A stretch of DNA of 64,000 nucleotides from Adineta vaga. Its lineage: Eukaryota > Animalia > Rotifera. Below are positions 26,501 to 37,118 of this stretch, piece after piece. The position numbers and the translations under genes are program-made. The stretch covers positions 15,872,001-15,936,000 of the forward strand of contig CP075492.1 in the NCBI GenBank assembly GCA_021613535.1, given 5' to 3'. The stretch's first letter is position 1. Each line of letters begins with the position of its first letter. A model generated the notes under the pieces. That model made no database searches and was not told the DNA's origin. It worked only from the letters and a program-made list of their open reading frames with translations.

Positions 26501-27410
26501 ACAAAACAACCACACACGACGAAAGCCACCAGGTCTATTAAAACCAATCAAACCACCAGAAGGAATATGGCAACTACTTACCATGGATTTTCATGGACCA
26601 CTAGTACCAACCACAAAAAATGGAAACAGATACATCATCTCATTAACCGATGTTCTGTCAAAATTCATCATTACAAAAGCAGTACGTGATTGTACCGCAT
26701 CTACAGCAGCAAAATTCGTTACTGAAGAGGTGATCCTTAAATATGGAACTCCTAAATGCATTCTCACCGACAATGGTACACATTTTACCGCTTCGATGAT
26801 GACTGAATTATTCAAGAAAATTGGTATTACTCATTTATACTCCACACCTTATCATCCGATGACAAACGGACAAATCGAACGATATAATGCAACAATGGAT
26901 GCAAAAATAGCTGCACTATCAAATGAAAATCGAACGAACTGGGATGAACAATTGCCTTTCGTCACATTCAACTACAATACTAGTATCCATTCAACAACCG
27001 GACAAGTTCCATTCGAAATGATGTACGGTCGCTCACCGACATTACCCTTCGATCAACAACAACCCGTCGTTTCACTTACACAAGATCCACAACACTCTTA
27101 CAAATTACAACAATACCTGTCGACATTAGCCGAACAAGCAAAAGACAATATTTTATATCGTCAGATGAAATACAAACAACGATATGATCGATATCGAACG
27201 AATCCGACGCACAAAATTAATGATTTAGTACTTATCAAAACACTCAATCGTCGAAGCAAATTTGACATTCGATACGAAGGACCATTCCGCATTATAAGAC
27301 AATTAGGTACAAAAACATTCATCGTTCAACATATTAAAAAACCGACACTGATCAAACAAGTTACAATAGATGTCATCATATCTCTGTTTGAACGGAAAAA
27401 CATGGACTAA
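23502..27410 (+). CDS. pol: Pol polyprotein (protease, RT, RNase H, integrase), in the -1 frame relative to gag
   Basis: IIDTGS protease; RFCIDYRKLN, LPQG, YLDD (RT); TDAS, TDHKPL (RNase H); HHCC zinc finger, MDF, TDNG, NGQIER and GPF (integrase). The frame is open upstream to overlap the gag end. Confidence 0.96.
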   Translation: MKRNPSTPNILSPRISSPIYINVQVNNKQQHAIIDTGSAVTIINQQLLKNIYHKKFIPKQKSHKSANCTAISIIGEIELEIKIQGYKTSILADVATNLITDLLLGNDWIQANNIIIDCPKQCIFLSDHYHRIVATASFIEPPDIQLPVFLLNDATLLPYSETCVNVKAQLPDNPTAEVLFEPTPTFSLKQILLTHALLTMENNISALTIINATDRPRKLPRNTKLGHISYQNMPGNYIIVPVLPSTKPIRQPNPKTIRFERNTHHQESSCSSSSTNRKRKVNFTDTPWESKQPVKQHQCYVCEEIFLTRNDLQEHLRRKCYPQDIREQIEELTSHIQNKDHQQAIQKILWKYGKLLDLRKSSIIKGTVRHALETGNHPPVFTPPYRVSYKDERIRQEEINKLLKQGVIEESTSPWSSPIVLVRKKDGSVRFCIDYRKLNAITTKDAFPIPRIDDIFDHLSQAGYYTTIDFKSGYFQVGLDARDRPKTAFSTRDQHYQFTVLPQGVTNGPPAFQRIVSQILGPTRWKYALAYLDDVIIYSPTFDQHLVHLDDILNRLHEANFRLNVGKCHIAQTSIDYLGHHIEHGNIKPNADNIRALLETPQPATAKEAFRFVKAAEYYRKFIPKFSMIAQPLYKYAPTTKEQRSNKMPAVPIQLLDDELHAFHELKQILTNDLILRIPDENLPFKIQTDASKIGIGAVLMQTHSNGDLPVAYLSKKFTTTQMNWPATEQECYAIIHAIEKWHKYLDGREFIIETDHKPLLPFNLKQQLNSKCERWRLKLQQYKFTIRYIKGKHNTVADYLSRSPSDNASDDLDDYVPTRSQTTQTESSLVTSIITSVTTRAQMKRQQQNQKNNDHPIDQSHDGQPKRNDDSLEDSSCVQNHIQHQQPVEIDNRIIPFTHEQLKELQHQDEETKHITMNIDKFDEYFVQDDMLMKNSTPPVPYVPKGRIRSDIIKIYHDTPANGAHFGRDRTIHRIQQRYFWPNMISDIRDHIKSCIPCLQNNHTRRKPPGLLKPIKPPEGIWQLLTMDFHGPLVPTTKNGNRYIISLTDVLSKFIITKAVRDCTASTAAKFVTEEVILKYGTPKCILTDNGTHFTASMMTELFKKIGITHLYSTPYHPMTNGQIERYNATMDAKIAALSNENRTNWDEQLPFVTFNYNTSIHSTTGQVPFEMMYGRSPTLPFDQQQPVVSLTQDPQHSYKLQQYLSTLAEQAKDNILYRQMKYKQRYDRYRTNPTHKINDLVLIKTLNRRSKFDIRYEGPFRIIRQLGTKTFIVQHIKKPTLIKQVTIDVIISLFERKNMD

Positions 27411-27946
27411 ATATATTTGGATTAATAAATCGAATTTTATATATATATTAAACGTATGTATAACACACGTGTTTACAAGCCATTCACAGTCTTTTCTTTT
27501 CTTTCCTTTCCTTCCACTATGTATACATATATCTTCTTTCTTTCCTTACACCTATTCCACCGTATACTTCTTCACTAGGATCTTTTATCTTTCCTGTCTA
27601 TTCGAGTTCACCGCTTTACTACATATATAACAACTCTTTTATCTTCCAAATCGATCCATATATTACGATCGAACATCTCACTTATCGAATCAGAATAACA
27701 AAGCGTTTTTCTTTTTATATGGAGGTGTAGAGAATACCCATTTTATTATAGCCATTTTACTCAAATGGAACGATGGCAGAGGGTTCATGTAAATCCTGAA
27801 AATATTCATTTACTTTTCACACTTTAGATATATTAGTTAATAATTGGACTCATTATACCAACATACACCATCAACAAACACCAACAAGGAAAGTTTCGTT
27901 TTTTTTCTCTCTTCTTCTTCGTTTTTTCTTTGAATTTGGTTTCAGG

Positions 27947-29509
27947 ATGGACCGAAAGAGTTCATGCTCAAGAAAATATTATAATGATCGATATGTTCCA
28001 CCATTAGAAGAATTATTACGACGAAATGAACGATGGAACCCGAAGAAAGCAAAAAAAGAACGTGAATTACAAGAATTATGTCGACAAGAAAAATTAAAAC
28101 CATTCGAACAACCAAAACATTATTCTCGTTATTATATTCATGAAAAAACCGACATGGAAACAATGGATAAATTAATCGATGAAGCAAAATTAACGTTTAA
28201 TTATACATTGGATACAGAAGGCGATGCATACAATCGAATCTCAGCAGCAACAATTCAAGTCGAATTCATTCGTCCAAATTCACCATCGATTGTTATAATA
28301 ATAGAAGTGAATTATCTACCACCAATCAGCTCGCCGTTATTTATAAAAATTCGACAATTATGTTCGATTATTTTCACATCGAACAATCGTATTTATGCTT
28401 GGGGTTACGTAGCTGACGAATTAAAATCATTTATGAATTTGAATTTGTTTAGTGGTCAAATCAAAGCAGATGGCGTCAATGTTCAAAATGAATATGATCG
28501 ATATGAACTATATGGTCTACAAGCTGTGGTCAAATCTACATTCGGCCAGTATTTAGATAAAACAGCTACACTAGCCAAATGGTCATGTGGTATCGATCGT
28601 TCTCTCGACACATATAAGCCGAAATACGTCCATGGTCGAGAATATGATTATCGTGTACAGGAAGAAACAAAATATCGACATATGTTAGAAGAATATGCGA
28701 TTAATGATGTTTTCGCTGTTACAAAAGTCGCTTATGATATGAATTTAATTAAATTTGTATTAACACCACCAGCAACAGTCGAAAATGAAAAAGATGTTCC
28801 AGTCGAATCAACAACTCAACAAGAACCAACAGTTGAATTAAAACCACCAAATCGAGATGAGCCTGAAGCTCATGCATATATTGATTCAAGAGAAGAGGAA
28901 CATCCAGGCCAACAAGAATCGATAAGTATTGAACTTGAACTAACACCATCTGATCTTGATATAGGTATATTCGACCACGAAAATGAATCATCGCCCGTCG
29001 AAATGGAAGAAGAACCAATAGAATCACCATCACAAAAAGTTCAACCAACACCATATGTATATGAACCAATAAGTGATGACGAATTTCCAGAAGTTATGAA
29101 ACTTCATCGACCATTTCCACAACCTGATCCAACACCAGAAGAAAGAAAGAGAATTCATGCTCAGGATGAATCACAAAAGGTAAGAAATTCTTATTATTTG
29201 GGTCCACAGTTATATTTACAGGAAAATCCAACACCAAATCAAATAAGTAATCGTCGACGCCGATCAAATCGTTATCGATCAGAAGTCATTTATCCTGTCC
29301 ATCGATTATTCAAACATGCTCACATCAAACAAATATTACGATCAAAGAACATCCAATTTTTGAACATCAACATCAAGCATGGAAAAGTATTTATTGGAGT
29401 GAAAAGTCCAACAGCAGCTGATCAACTCGAAGAACTTTTTCATAGTCGAAGTTTTGATGAAGATCATTATTATCGATTCAGCAAGGGGAAGAAGAGAAGA
29501 AATCATTAG
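27947..29509 (+). CDS. ORF3: DEDDy-type 3'-5' exonuclease, acidic linker and basic C-terminal domain
   Basis: ExoI-like YTLDTEGD, ExoII-like WGYVADEL, ExoIII-like YAINDVFA; lies between pol and the 3' LTR. Confidence 0.78.
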   Translation: MDRKSSCSRKYYNDRYVPPLEELLRRNERWNPKKAKKERELQELCRQEKLKPFEQPKHYSRYYIHEKTDMETMDKLIDEAKLTFNYTLDTEGDAYNRISAATIQVEFIRPNSPSIVIIIEVNYLPPISSPLFIKIRQLCSIIFTSNNRIYAWGYVADELKSFMNLNLFSGQIKADGVNVQNEYDRYELYGLQAVVKSTFGQYLDKTATLAKWSCGIDRSLDTYKPKYVHGREYDYRVQEETKYRHMLEEYAINDVFAVTKVAYDMNLIKFVLTPPATVENEKDVPVESTTQQEPTVELKPPNRDEPEAHAYIDSREEEHPGQQESISIELELTPSDLDIGIFDHENESSPVEMEEEPIESPSQKVQPTPYVYEPISDDEFPEVMKLHRPFPQPDPTPEERKRIHAQDESQKVRNSYYLGPQLYLQENPTPNQISNRRRRSNRYRSEVIYPVHRLFKHAHIKQILRSKNIQFLNINIKHGKVFIGVKSPTAADQLEELFHSRSFDEDHYYRFSKGKKRRNH

Positions 29510-29762
29510 GTATGTAGACATATATATATTTTTTTCCTTTCCTTCCATCGTTTGAAATGTATACGCGTGTTTCTTTTTTATTTTCGTTATTTTTCTCGTT
29601 CTTCCTATATGAACCATATATATACATATACACATATAGACATTTTTCTTTCGTTTCCTCGTTTGTTTTTTTCGTTATTTTTGTCGCGTTCATTGTTAAT
29701 TTTTTTCTTTCGTTCTGTCAGATATATGTGTGCGGACACACATCGTTCCGCGTTGGGTCGAC

Positions 29763-30045
29763 TGTTACAGGCGACACCTATCTCTTCATATTCTAGTCTT
29801 CTCTTTCTTTTCATTGATCTCGTCTTTCATCTCTCTCTCGACCTAGATCCTTTCTTTTGATGATATCATCTCTTTCTTCTCTTTATTCGTGATATATGTG
29901 TATTCACTTTTCTTTGTGTGATTATATATATATATATGTTTTTTTCTCAGTAAAGAAGAGAGAGAGAAGAGAGTGGTGTGACGTGTGTGTTTTTTTTACA
30001 TTTTCTAAATAAACTACGAACAGAAACACATTTGTCTCTCTAATA
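29763..30045 (+). repeat. 3' LTR
   Basis: Direct repeat of 21909-22191. Confidence 0.95.
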
Positions 30046-31311
30046 ATATAACACAAACATTTCTTGTATCTTGGGCAACAATTGAACGACATATTTTAAT
30101 CTTTCATGAAAAATGGATTGGTTCAAAAATGAAACGATTTTTTTTTCATTATTTTCCACTTATTTTTATTATTTTCTATTGTTTGATCTTCTATACAATT
30201 GTTTATTTATTTCCACCATGTGAAAATATCTTTGAATATTCGTCATTAACATGTGTTTATTCTTGTTTATATGAACGATATGATTTTTCTATATGGCAAA
30301 CGACTGCTCATCAAATCTTACCCGTTTTAATAATTTTTGTCTTTAGTATTGCTTTAATTTTACGTGTTATATGTCAAAAAATTCGAATACATCAACCAGT
30401 ACAATGGAGAAAGTATCGAAAAATGACAATTCAATTATTATCAATTTCATTTCTTTATCTTATATTTTATTTACCATTATCTGTTGCATATACTATTCTA
30501 CTATGTGGTATCCTAGAAGAGATCATTATTGGTTTTTTAGATTATTCAATATATTTCAGTTACTTTATGATCCCTTTATTTCCTTTTGTTTGTACTTTAT
30601 CATTACCTGAACTTCGAACAAAATTCATCAATATTTTACATTTACAACGAAGACGTATTGGACCTAAAATATTACCTATCAAAGTTTCTATACACAGACA
30701 TATGGATACATAATCATTTTATTTCTTGTACTTTCGCGCGCGCCAATTTCATTTTGATGCTTCATAGTATTGTAGAGGTAAGAATGTCGATGTTATTTCT
30801 TTCTGTTATCATTACTATATAAATACAATTTCACTATATTCATCTTTTTCGAGAATGAAAATCAGTGCTATCTCTTCATTCTATCGTCAGACATTTCTCG
30901 CACAAACAAAATGGATTGGAAGGATAGCACTATAAATTTGATTCACATATTGTCGTCTCCACACCGAGTATGTATGTCGTTGTGAATGAAGTGGCAAAAG
31001 ATTATGCTTCCAACATGGCTACTATCAAACAATTGGGAAAGAAATCAGTATAGAAGTCGATTTATTACAAAGAACGTTGATTGTCATTAGATGAGTATTT
31101 TATAGAATAGATAACAAACCAAAATAACATTCTGATCATTTCACAATCGCTCTCTCATCATTCATGACGATGTTTATCTTATTCATAGGTAGGTTCGATT
31201 TATCCATCATCGTATTACACATATGCGCATTGATGATCATTTTCATATATGTATGTAACACATTTATTTATAAATATTCACACAACAACATGCAAACTAG
31301 TTATCTTTCAA

Positions 31312-32283
31312 TCAAGTAATTGTCGGTAATCCTTGAATTTTTCGCCTATTATTTATTGAATAGGGAGTTATTCGGTTGTTTTTCTGCGTTGCTACTGTTG
31401 TATTTAATGACAGTCCAGTTAATCTAGCAAATAGAATTTCTTTCACTTGCTTATTTTTAACGAACAGAAATATTGAATGAACTGCGGAAATGAATGAAAG
31501 CGACAAAACTTGAATTGAGTATAACGGCCATGGTGCTTCACTTATAACATTCATAATAAGACAGCATATGTACGGAATACCACCAACAGCATGAACACTA
31601 ACAGTAAAAATAATATTTCGAAAAACTCTTTTATTTCTTCGAGCTTGTAATGTACTTTGACTGTTTGGATTGATACGAGTTTGATAAATTGTATAATGAA
31701 GAATAATCACATACAGAACTATCAATATAAACACAGTGAAAAATACAAAAAGAATACTAACTGAAATTGCTGTTGGAAAATAATGTGCTGTTAACATACA
31801 AAAAAGAGATTCTGGATCATATTGATAAGCATAGGGTGATAGAAACAGTCCAACTGCTATAATAACGTTGATTAACCAACTGATGATGATTATCATCCAA
31901 GTTGTACGAAAAGTCAAAAGAGATTTATGTTGATAAAGAACTGTAATGAAAAATCGAGCTATTGCTTGAACTATACATGAATGTGCTACTAATCCAGTAC
32001 TGAATGTTGCTAAACAAGCACTAATTTGACAAAATAATGCACTCGGTGGTGATCCATCGAAATAAATTTGTTGAATAACTGAAGGTGTTTGAAGTGAATA
32101 AGTGATTGCAAAGAAAAATAATGCAAAACTTGAATTACACATCAGAAGATTAACAACAGATCGACAATGAGAATGCCAATAACGAAGAATAACAAATAAT
32201 ACCGTTGATGTAAATAATATAATTATAAACCAAGATATTAGAAACAGAACATTAACTATTTCATGAAAACGTTTATTTTCCAT
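31312..32283 (-). CDS. Divergent rhodopsin-like 7TM GPCR
   Basis: 323 aa, seven hydrophobic segments, Cys before TM3 and in ECL2, QAIARFF at the DRY position. Confidence 0.82.
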   Translation of the reverse strand: MENKRFHEIVNVLFLISWFIIILFTSTVLFVILRYWHSHCRSVVNLLMCNSSFALFFFAITYSLQTPSVIQQIYFDGSPPSALFCQISACLATFSTGLVAHSCIVQAIARFFITVLYQHKSLLTFRTTWMIIIISWLINVIIAVGLFLSPYAYQYDPESLFCMLTAHYFPTAISVSILFVFFTVFILIVLYVIILHYTIYQTRINPNSQSTLQARRNKRVFRNIIFTVSVHAVGGIPYICCLIMNVISEAPWPLYSIQVLSLSFISAVHSIFLFVKNKQVKEILFARLTGLSLNTTVATQKNNRITPYSINNRRKIQGLPTIT

Positions 32284-33669
32284 GATTTCGAAATTGTATC
32301 AAGTACAAGTACTTGTTTGACTTTATCGGAGAATAGATACAAGGTAAATGACTGAAATTATATAGAGGGTTCTCTTATTATAATAGAACAAAAGTTGGTA
32401 GTAAAATTTTAATGAATATTTTTTTCTATTAAAACAAATGAAAGCTTAGTCTTTGCTAAGAAATTGTATTTGAAATAAAATATTAATTCACAGACGAAGT
32501 ACACAATTTACGTCATAGATTTTCCATGTCGTCACGTTTTTATCCTTACCGGCGGTATACCGCAACTTACTATAATAATTTAAAACAGTTTTCCCGACTG
32601 TTAGTGTTCATTTTCAGTTCTGACTACAGCCGAGTTGGAATGTGGTATACAGATGGAATTATTCTTTCATTGTCATTGATGTTTTGTCATTATCATTTTG
32701 AAACTATCGATTCGAAAATTGTGACTATATAACTTTTCAATCGAACAAAATTTTAAATAATTATTTTGATAATTACTAAAATATGCTACTTTTATGTCGT
32801 TAGAATAGTGTCTACTGACATTTTTTAATAATTTATAAAACACAAAAATTAAATATCTGCTTACGATTTAAAAAATTCTTTGTGAAATTTGAAAGAAGTA
32901 TTTTCTTTAAATCATCTATTACAATACAAGGTTAACTCGCTAGTTACTAAATTAAGATTTTTATTTTTACGTTTACACGCTATTTCAATTTATTGTTCTT
33001 TTTGCCGACTTCTCTTTGTCCCCACAAAGCATTTTGATATATATATCTTATATTTAAATATTCAATTCAGAGGAGAGAAAATATTTCATATACTATTCAT
33101 TTTAGTTTTTGTAATTCAAAAGGAAATTGAATATTCAACGAGTGTACCTAGGCACGTACAATAGAAACTTTTTTATGGTCTAATTGCAGAAAACAACAAA
33201 GCAATATTAATAATATTGATAATGCTTCTTCTATTCTTTTCTTAAACAAAAGAACGGGGAAAAAATACAAGTTTTAGTATTGCGATCGATTGAATTTTCT
33301 GTCGCATTGACTATAACATCGATTGATGAAAATCCAACATTGAAAGAGGATGTTATTTTACACGAAGACGATCTTCTACCATAGAAGCGAAATAATTATT
33401 TAGTTTACATATCGATGTAGCGTACACGATAATGATCAAATGACGCGTACCGGCCGTCATATATCGTTGTTTTTACTCGAACAGAGTCATATGAATTCTA
33501 AACAAGTTCTTTATTATATGGCTGAAAATCATCAGTCTATTCAAATAGAATTACTAAATACGGGTCCATTAGTGATCTGTGTGTTGAATCTGTTCCACTG
33601 ATTTCTCGTTCGAATTCTGTTGATAAACCTCGTTCTCATTGGCTATTGAAAGAAGCAAATTTCGATTTA

Positions 33670-33945
33670 TGTCAATACAGCGATTGAACGTATGATGAAA
33701 TTTCGTAGTCATCGTCTCCATCAATCGCAAAATAAAGTAGCTGAGACAATTTTCGATGTGATGTACAATGATTTGATAAAAGATCCTCTTAAAGCTGTAC
33801 ATCACATCTATGATCATTTTAATCTTCAATGATCTTATGAATCTGAAGAAGGTATGAAGAATTGACTTGATGAAAACCCTCAAGGTAAACAAGGTCGTAA
33901 TACATACAGTCTTCAAGCATTTAATCTTAATGCTTATGACCTTAA
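33670..33945 (+). pseudogene. C-terminal fragment of a bacterial-type sulfotransferase
   Basis: Reads IFDVMYNDLIKDPLKAVHHIYDHFNLQ*SYESEEGMKN*LDENPQGKQGRNTYSLQAFNL (Y-x-D-L-x-x-D-P...I-Y-x-x-F pattern) with two in-frame TGA. Not in the ORF track. Confidence 0.65.
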
Positions 33946-34925
33946 TTTATTTCTTCGTTCATCATCAACGGATTAAATTCATCATACTGAATCGTTGTTT
34001 AATTTGAGATGGTGGATGCGTTTGAAGTGACAGCTAAAGGCAGGATATTCTTGTTTTGACTGTCATTACTCGGAAGGAGTTATTTATAATTTAATTAAGT
34101 TTCAAAATCTCTCCAAAAATAAATAAAAAACATATTCTATGATAAAAATCACGGATGTAAACCGTTCGATGCAAATATCAATACATAAAACTATACTAAA
34201 ACAGAACTAAGTGAGAGATTCAGCTATATCGTGTATGTTTTTTCTTTTCTACTTTCTCATTATCACTAAACTTTTTCCTTTTATATCATACAAAGTCTTT
34301 ATATGATTTAATGCGTTCGTGTGTTAGATAAATTGCAAAGTCAATTCATTTGAAATTAAAATAGAATCAATGGATATGATCTAGCTCAAGTATCTTAAAT
34401 GTTAGTGTATTTCGCCGTCGAGTTCGTCGATCGTCTCCTTGCACATATTATTTTCTTTGCTCCAACTGGTAGTATACTTATATATTGGTCACATTTATAC
34501 CATACCAAGGAATACTCCTTTTTACAACACAATTCGAACTCTAGGAATCGTTTGGCAGCAAGGTATTTATTTCATTTTGTTTTTCCTTTTTATTCTTATA
34601 GGAAAAATCTATCGCGATGAATTGAAGATCAACTTCTGATCCAGGTTGAATATCAACATAATTCTTCGAGAAAAAACAGAGAATAAATGTTGCATAAGAG
34701 ATGCAACTTACCGTTACGTTAGCAGCGACAGCTTTCTCATTAAATCGACATTTTACAAAATCTATTGAACAATCAACTGATGAGTTTTTTTAGCAAATTG
34801 TCCTTCAAGTGTACCCGAGGTCGAAAATGTCCAACATGCACCATATTGTTTTTGATCTTTCACAGGTGTGACATATTCTTTCATACGCCAATCCAAATCA
34901 TCAGATCAATGAAGAGCTTATCTAC

Positions 34926-36095
34926 ATGAATATTATTGCTGATAGTAACGGACAGAATAGAACGGAGTATATTGGCTTTATGCCGGATCTCATTGCATCG
35001 CTACCAGAGAAGACGGGTTTCATACCTGATATTTATTTAGCACCGCCGAATCAAACCTATAATCAATTAATTCTAAGTGTTTCTCAAGGTCTCTATGATC
35101 TCATGATAGCGGATACCACTACCACAGCCACACGTCGTTCCTCCGTCGATTTTTCTAATTCAATCTTCGACAATTCTCTACGATTGGTCATCTGCAAATC
35201 ATTCAATCCGAGTATTGATCTCTTATCTTTTTTACAGCCTTTCTCGAGAAATCTATGGTTGCTGGTCTTGGCTGCTTGTTTCTATGCAGGTGCTCTAATT
35301 TTTCTAGCTGAAAGAGGAAACAATGAAGCTTTGCGAGATCGTCCATTCGTTTCTCAACTGCTAATGAGCATTTGGTATGCCTTTGACAATATGTTTGGCT
35401 ACGGTGTCGATTTCGATGTTCATACAGCGGCTGGTCGTTTAGTGACTGCTGGTCTGTACATACTGAGCATGATACTTGTTGCATCATATACTGCCAATTT
35501 AGCATCGGATCTAACGATTTCTAAAACGCAAAATATTATATCCGGTCTTGACGATTTAAAAAATGGCAATATTCCACCTAGGCGGGTTGGAATTGCTGCT
35601 GGAACAGCTGGTGAAGATTTTTATTTACGAGAAGTCTCAGGAGATGTCCGAAATTATGTGTCCTTGAGAGATGAGCAAGCAATGTTTGATTATCTATTAT
35701 CTGGGACTATCGATGTAGCATTGTTTGATGGTGGCGTCGCAGAATATATGACCAACACTATCCATTGTAGTTTGACCCTCGTGGATGAAGAATATGACAA
35801 GGGTGCTTTTGGCATTGTCATGAAGAAAAATTGGATCTATACCCAAGACTTAGATGTCGCTATTTTATCTTTGAGAGAGTCTGAAATATTGGATGATTTG
35901 AGACAAAAATGGTTTCAAAAAAACAATTGTCCTAGTGAATCGCTAACTAGCACAGCAATCAGTGTAGAATCAACCAGTGGATTATTCGTCGTTTTTGCAG
36001 TAATTACATTTCTATCGTTTGCCTTAATGTTGTGGAAGAAACGAAAAGTAATACGACAACAATGCTTTTTGTACTTTTTCAAGTGTACAAACTAA
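34926..36095 (+). CDS. Ionotropic glutamate receptor (S1-M1-P-M3-S2-M4), N-terminal domain absent
   Basis: YIGFMPDL, TTATRRSSVDFS, FLQPFSRNLW, pore FGYGVDF, SYTANLA, LRESEILDDLRQKW, M4. No signal peptide, so possibly 5'-truncated. Confidence 0.88.
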   Translation: MNIIADSNGQNRTEYIGFMPDLIASLPEKTGFIPDIYLAPPNQTYNQLILSVSQGLYDLMIADTTTTATRRSSVDFSNSIFDNSLRLVICKSFNPSIDLLSFLQPFSRNLWLLVLAACFYAGALIFLAERGNNEALRDRPFVSQLLMSIWYAFDNMFGYGVDFDVHTAAGRLVTAGLYILSMILVASYTANLASDLTISKTQNIISGLDDLKNGNIPPRRVGIAAGTAGEDFYLREVSGDVRNYVSLRDEQAMFDYLLSGTIDVALFDGGVAEYMTNTIHCSLTLVDEEYDKGAFGIVMKKNWIYTQDLDVAILSLRESEILDDLRQKWFQKNNCPSESLTSTAISVESTSGLFVVFAVITFLSFALMLWKKRKVIRQQCFLYFFKCTN

Positions 36096-36345
36096 GTCAT
36101 TCTGTGTATCTGTGTGGTCTTTTATTTTATATGATTGCTATTAATATATCATCAACTTCTAATATTTAAACTTGAATAAAATTTGAAAAAATATCGATTA
36201 TACTTAATCATGCAAACACCCACACCCTCAATACATCTATATAGCTCTCATTAATACACTTTGTTCTTGCCGCGAAATGTATTTATTTCTATATAATAAA
36301 TTGTAGGATTTATAAAATCGTGAAATTGAAATAAGTTTCTCAAGG

Positions 36346-37080
36346 CTATGCATTGCGATGGACAATCTTGTGCATTTCTTTCATAAATTCTTTACGATAA
36401 TACCTGCTCGATAATGTATAAATATAAAATGAAATAACTTTGTCAACAAGACTAACCAAGATCGATAAGACAAAAACAAGAGTATCTACAGCTCGATTTA
36501 CATCACTTCTGATAACCGATAGAGTGAGATTCTGATAAATCTTTGTAGCAAGAAGAGGTATTGAACACAATAAGTATATCATGACTTGTATGATCAACAT
36601 AGGTAAGATGTGTTTATCACTATTTCTTTGCATATCCATACAATTTGATGCTAATGGTTGAACTTGTCGTTTGCGTCTAAGATGAATGAATGTAACAATA
36701 CCAAAGAACAACATAAATACTGGTGGTCCAATAGTTTGAAAGAGAAACATCCAGATCAGGTCTGTCGCGCTACAAAAATTACTTTGAGCATTGCATCTTG
36801 AAATTGCAGCAAATAATAAATGTAATAATCGATGATATTGCAGTAGTCATACGTATATTGCTATAACGTCGCATCAATGCATTAGGTGATAATGAAAAGA
36901 ATCGATCACTACAACAACCAACCATAAACCACGTCGAAAGACCAAACGATACATAATAAGTAAAGATTTGAAATTTGCAAAGAGGTGCGTTGATATTGGC
37001 CGGATTCATTTGAAAACCACTGAGCAGACGAAATGGAACAAATCCAAAAATAATTAATGTGTTAAGAAGAGAAACAGAAG
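36346..37080 (-). pseudogene. 5'-truncated, internally deleted GPCR
   Basis: LCKFQIF...CCSDRFF (TM3) and TM5-7 ending SFYIYTLSSRYYR lie in separate ORFs; TM1 is missing and homology stops near 37081. Confidence 0.75.
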
Positions 37081-37118
37081 AAGGATGTGGGTGTAGATGA
37101 TTAGCTAGTCTTCATCCC

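Larger units (their letters stand above)
21909..30045 (+). mobile_element. Intact Ty3/gypsy LTR retrotransposon with three ORFs (bdelloid Vesta-like organisation)
   Basis: Two 283-bp LTRs, 5-bp TSD ATATA (21904-21908 and 30046-30050), PBS, uninterrupted gag, pol and ORF3. Confidence 0.95.
21639..30713 (+). pseudogene. 7TM GPCR gene interrupted by the LTR retrotransposon (5' part 21639-21908, 3' part 30051-30713)
   Basis: Removing the element and one TSD copy restores the frame ...FLDWDLYI|TQTFLVSWATIERHILIFHEKW... (TM3 ERH motif), which runs into the 30129-30713 ORF. Confidence 0.88.

Noticed and set aside
29342-29860. Overlapping short ORFs near the 3' LTR, and antisense ORFs within pol
   Set aside because: Low-complexity T-rich UTR sequence and shadow frames of real genes.
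33670-33945. TGA read as Trp (TGA at expected Trp positions here and near 16655, 52178 and 62091)
   Set aside because: Intact genes use TGG for Trp and TGA as stop (for example the SDR and CYP). TGG>TGA is a single transition, and all cases lie in otherwise decayed sequences.
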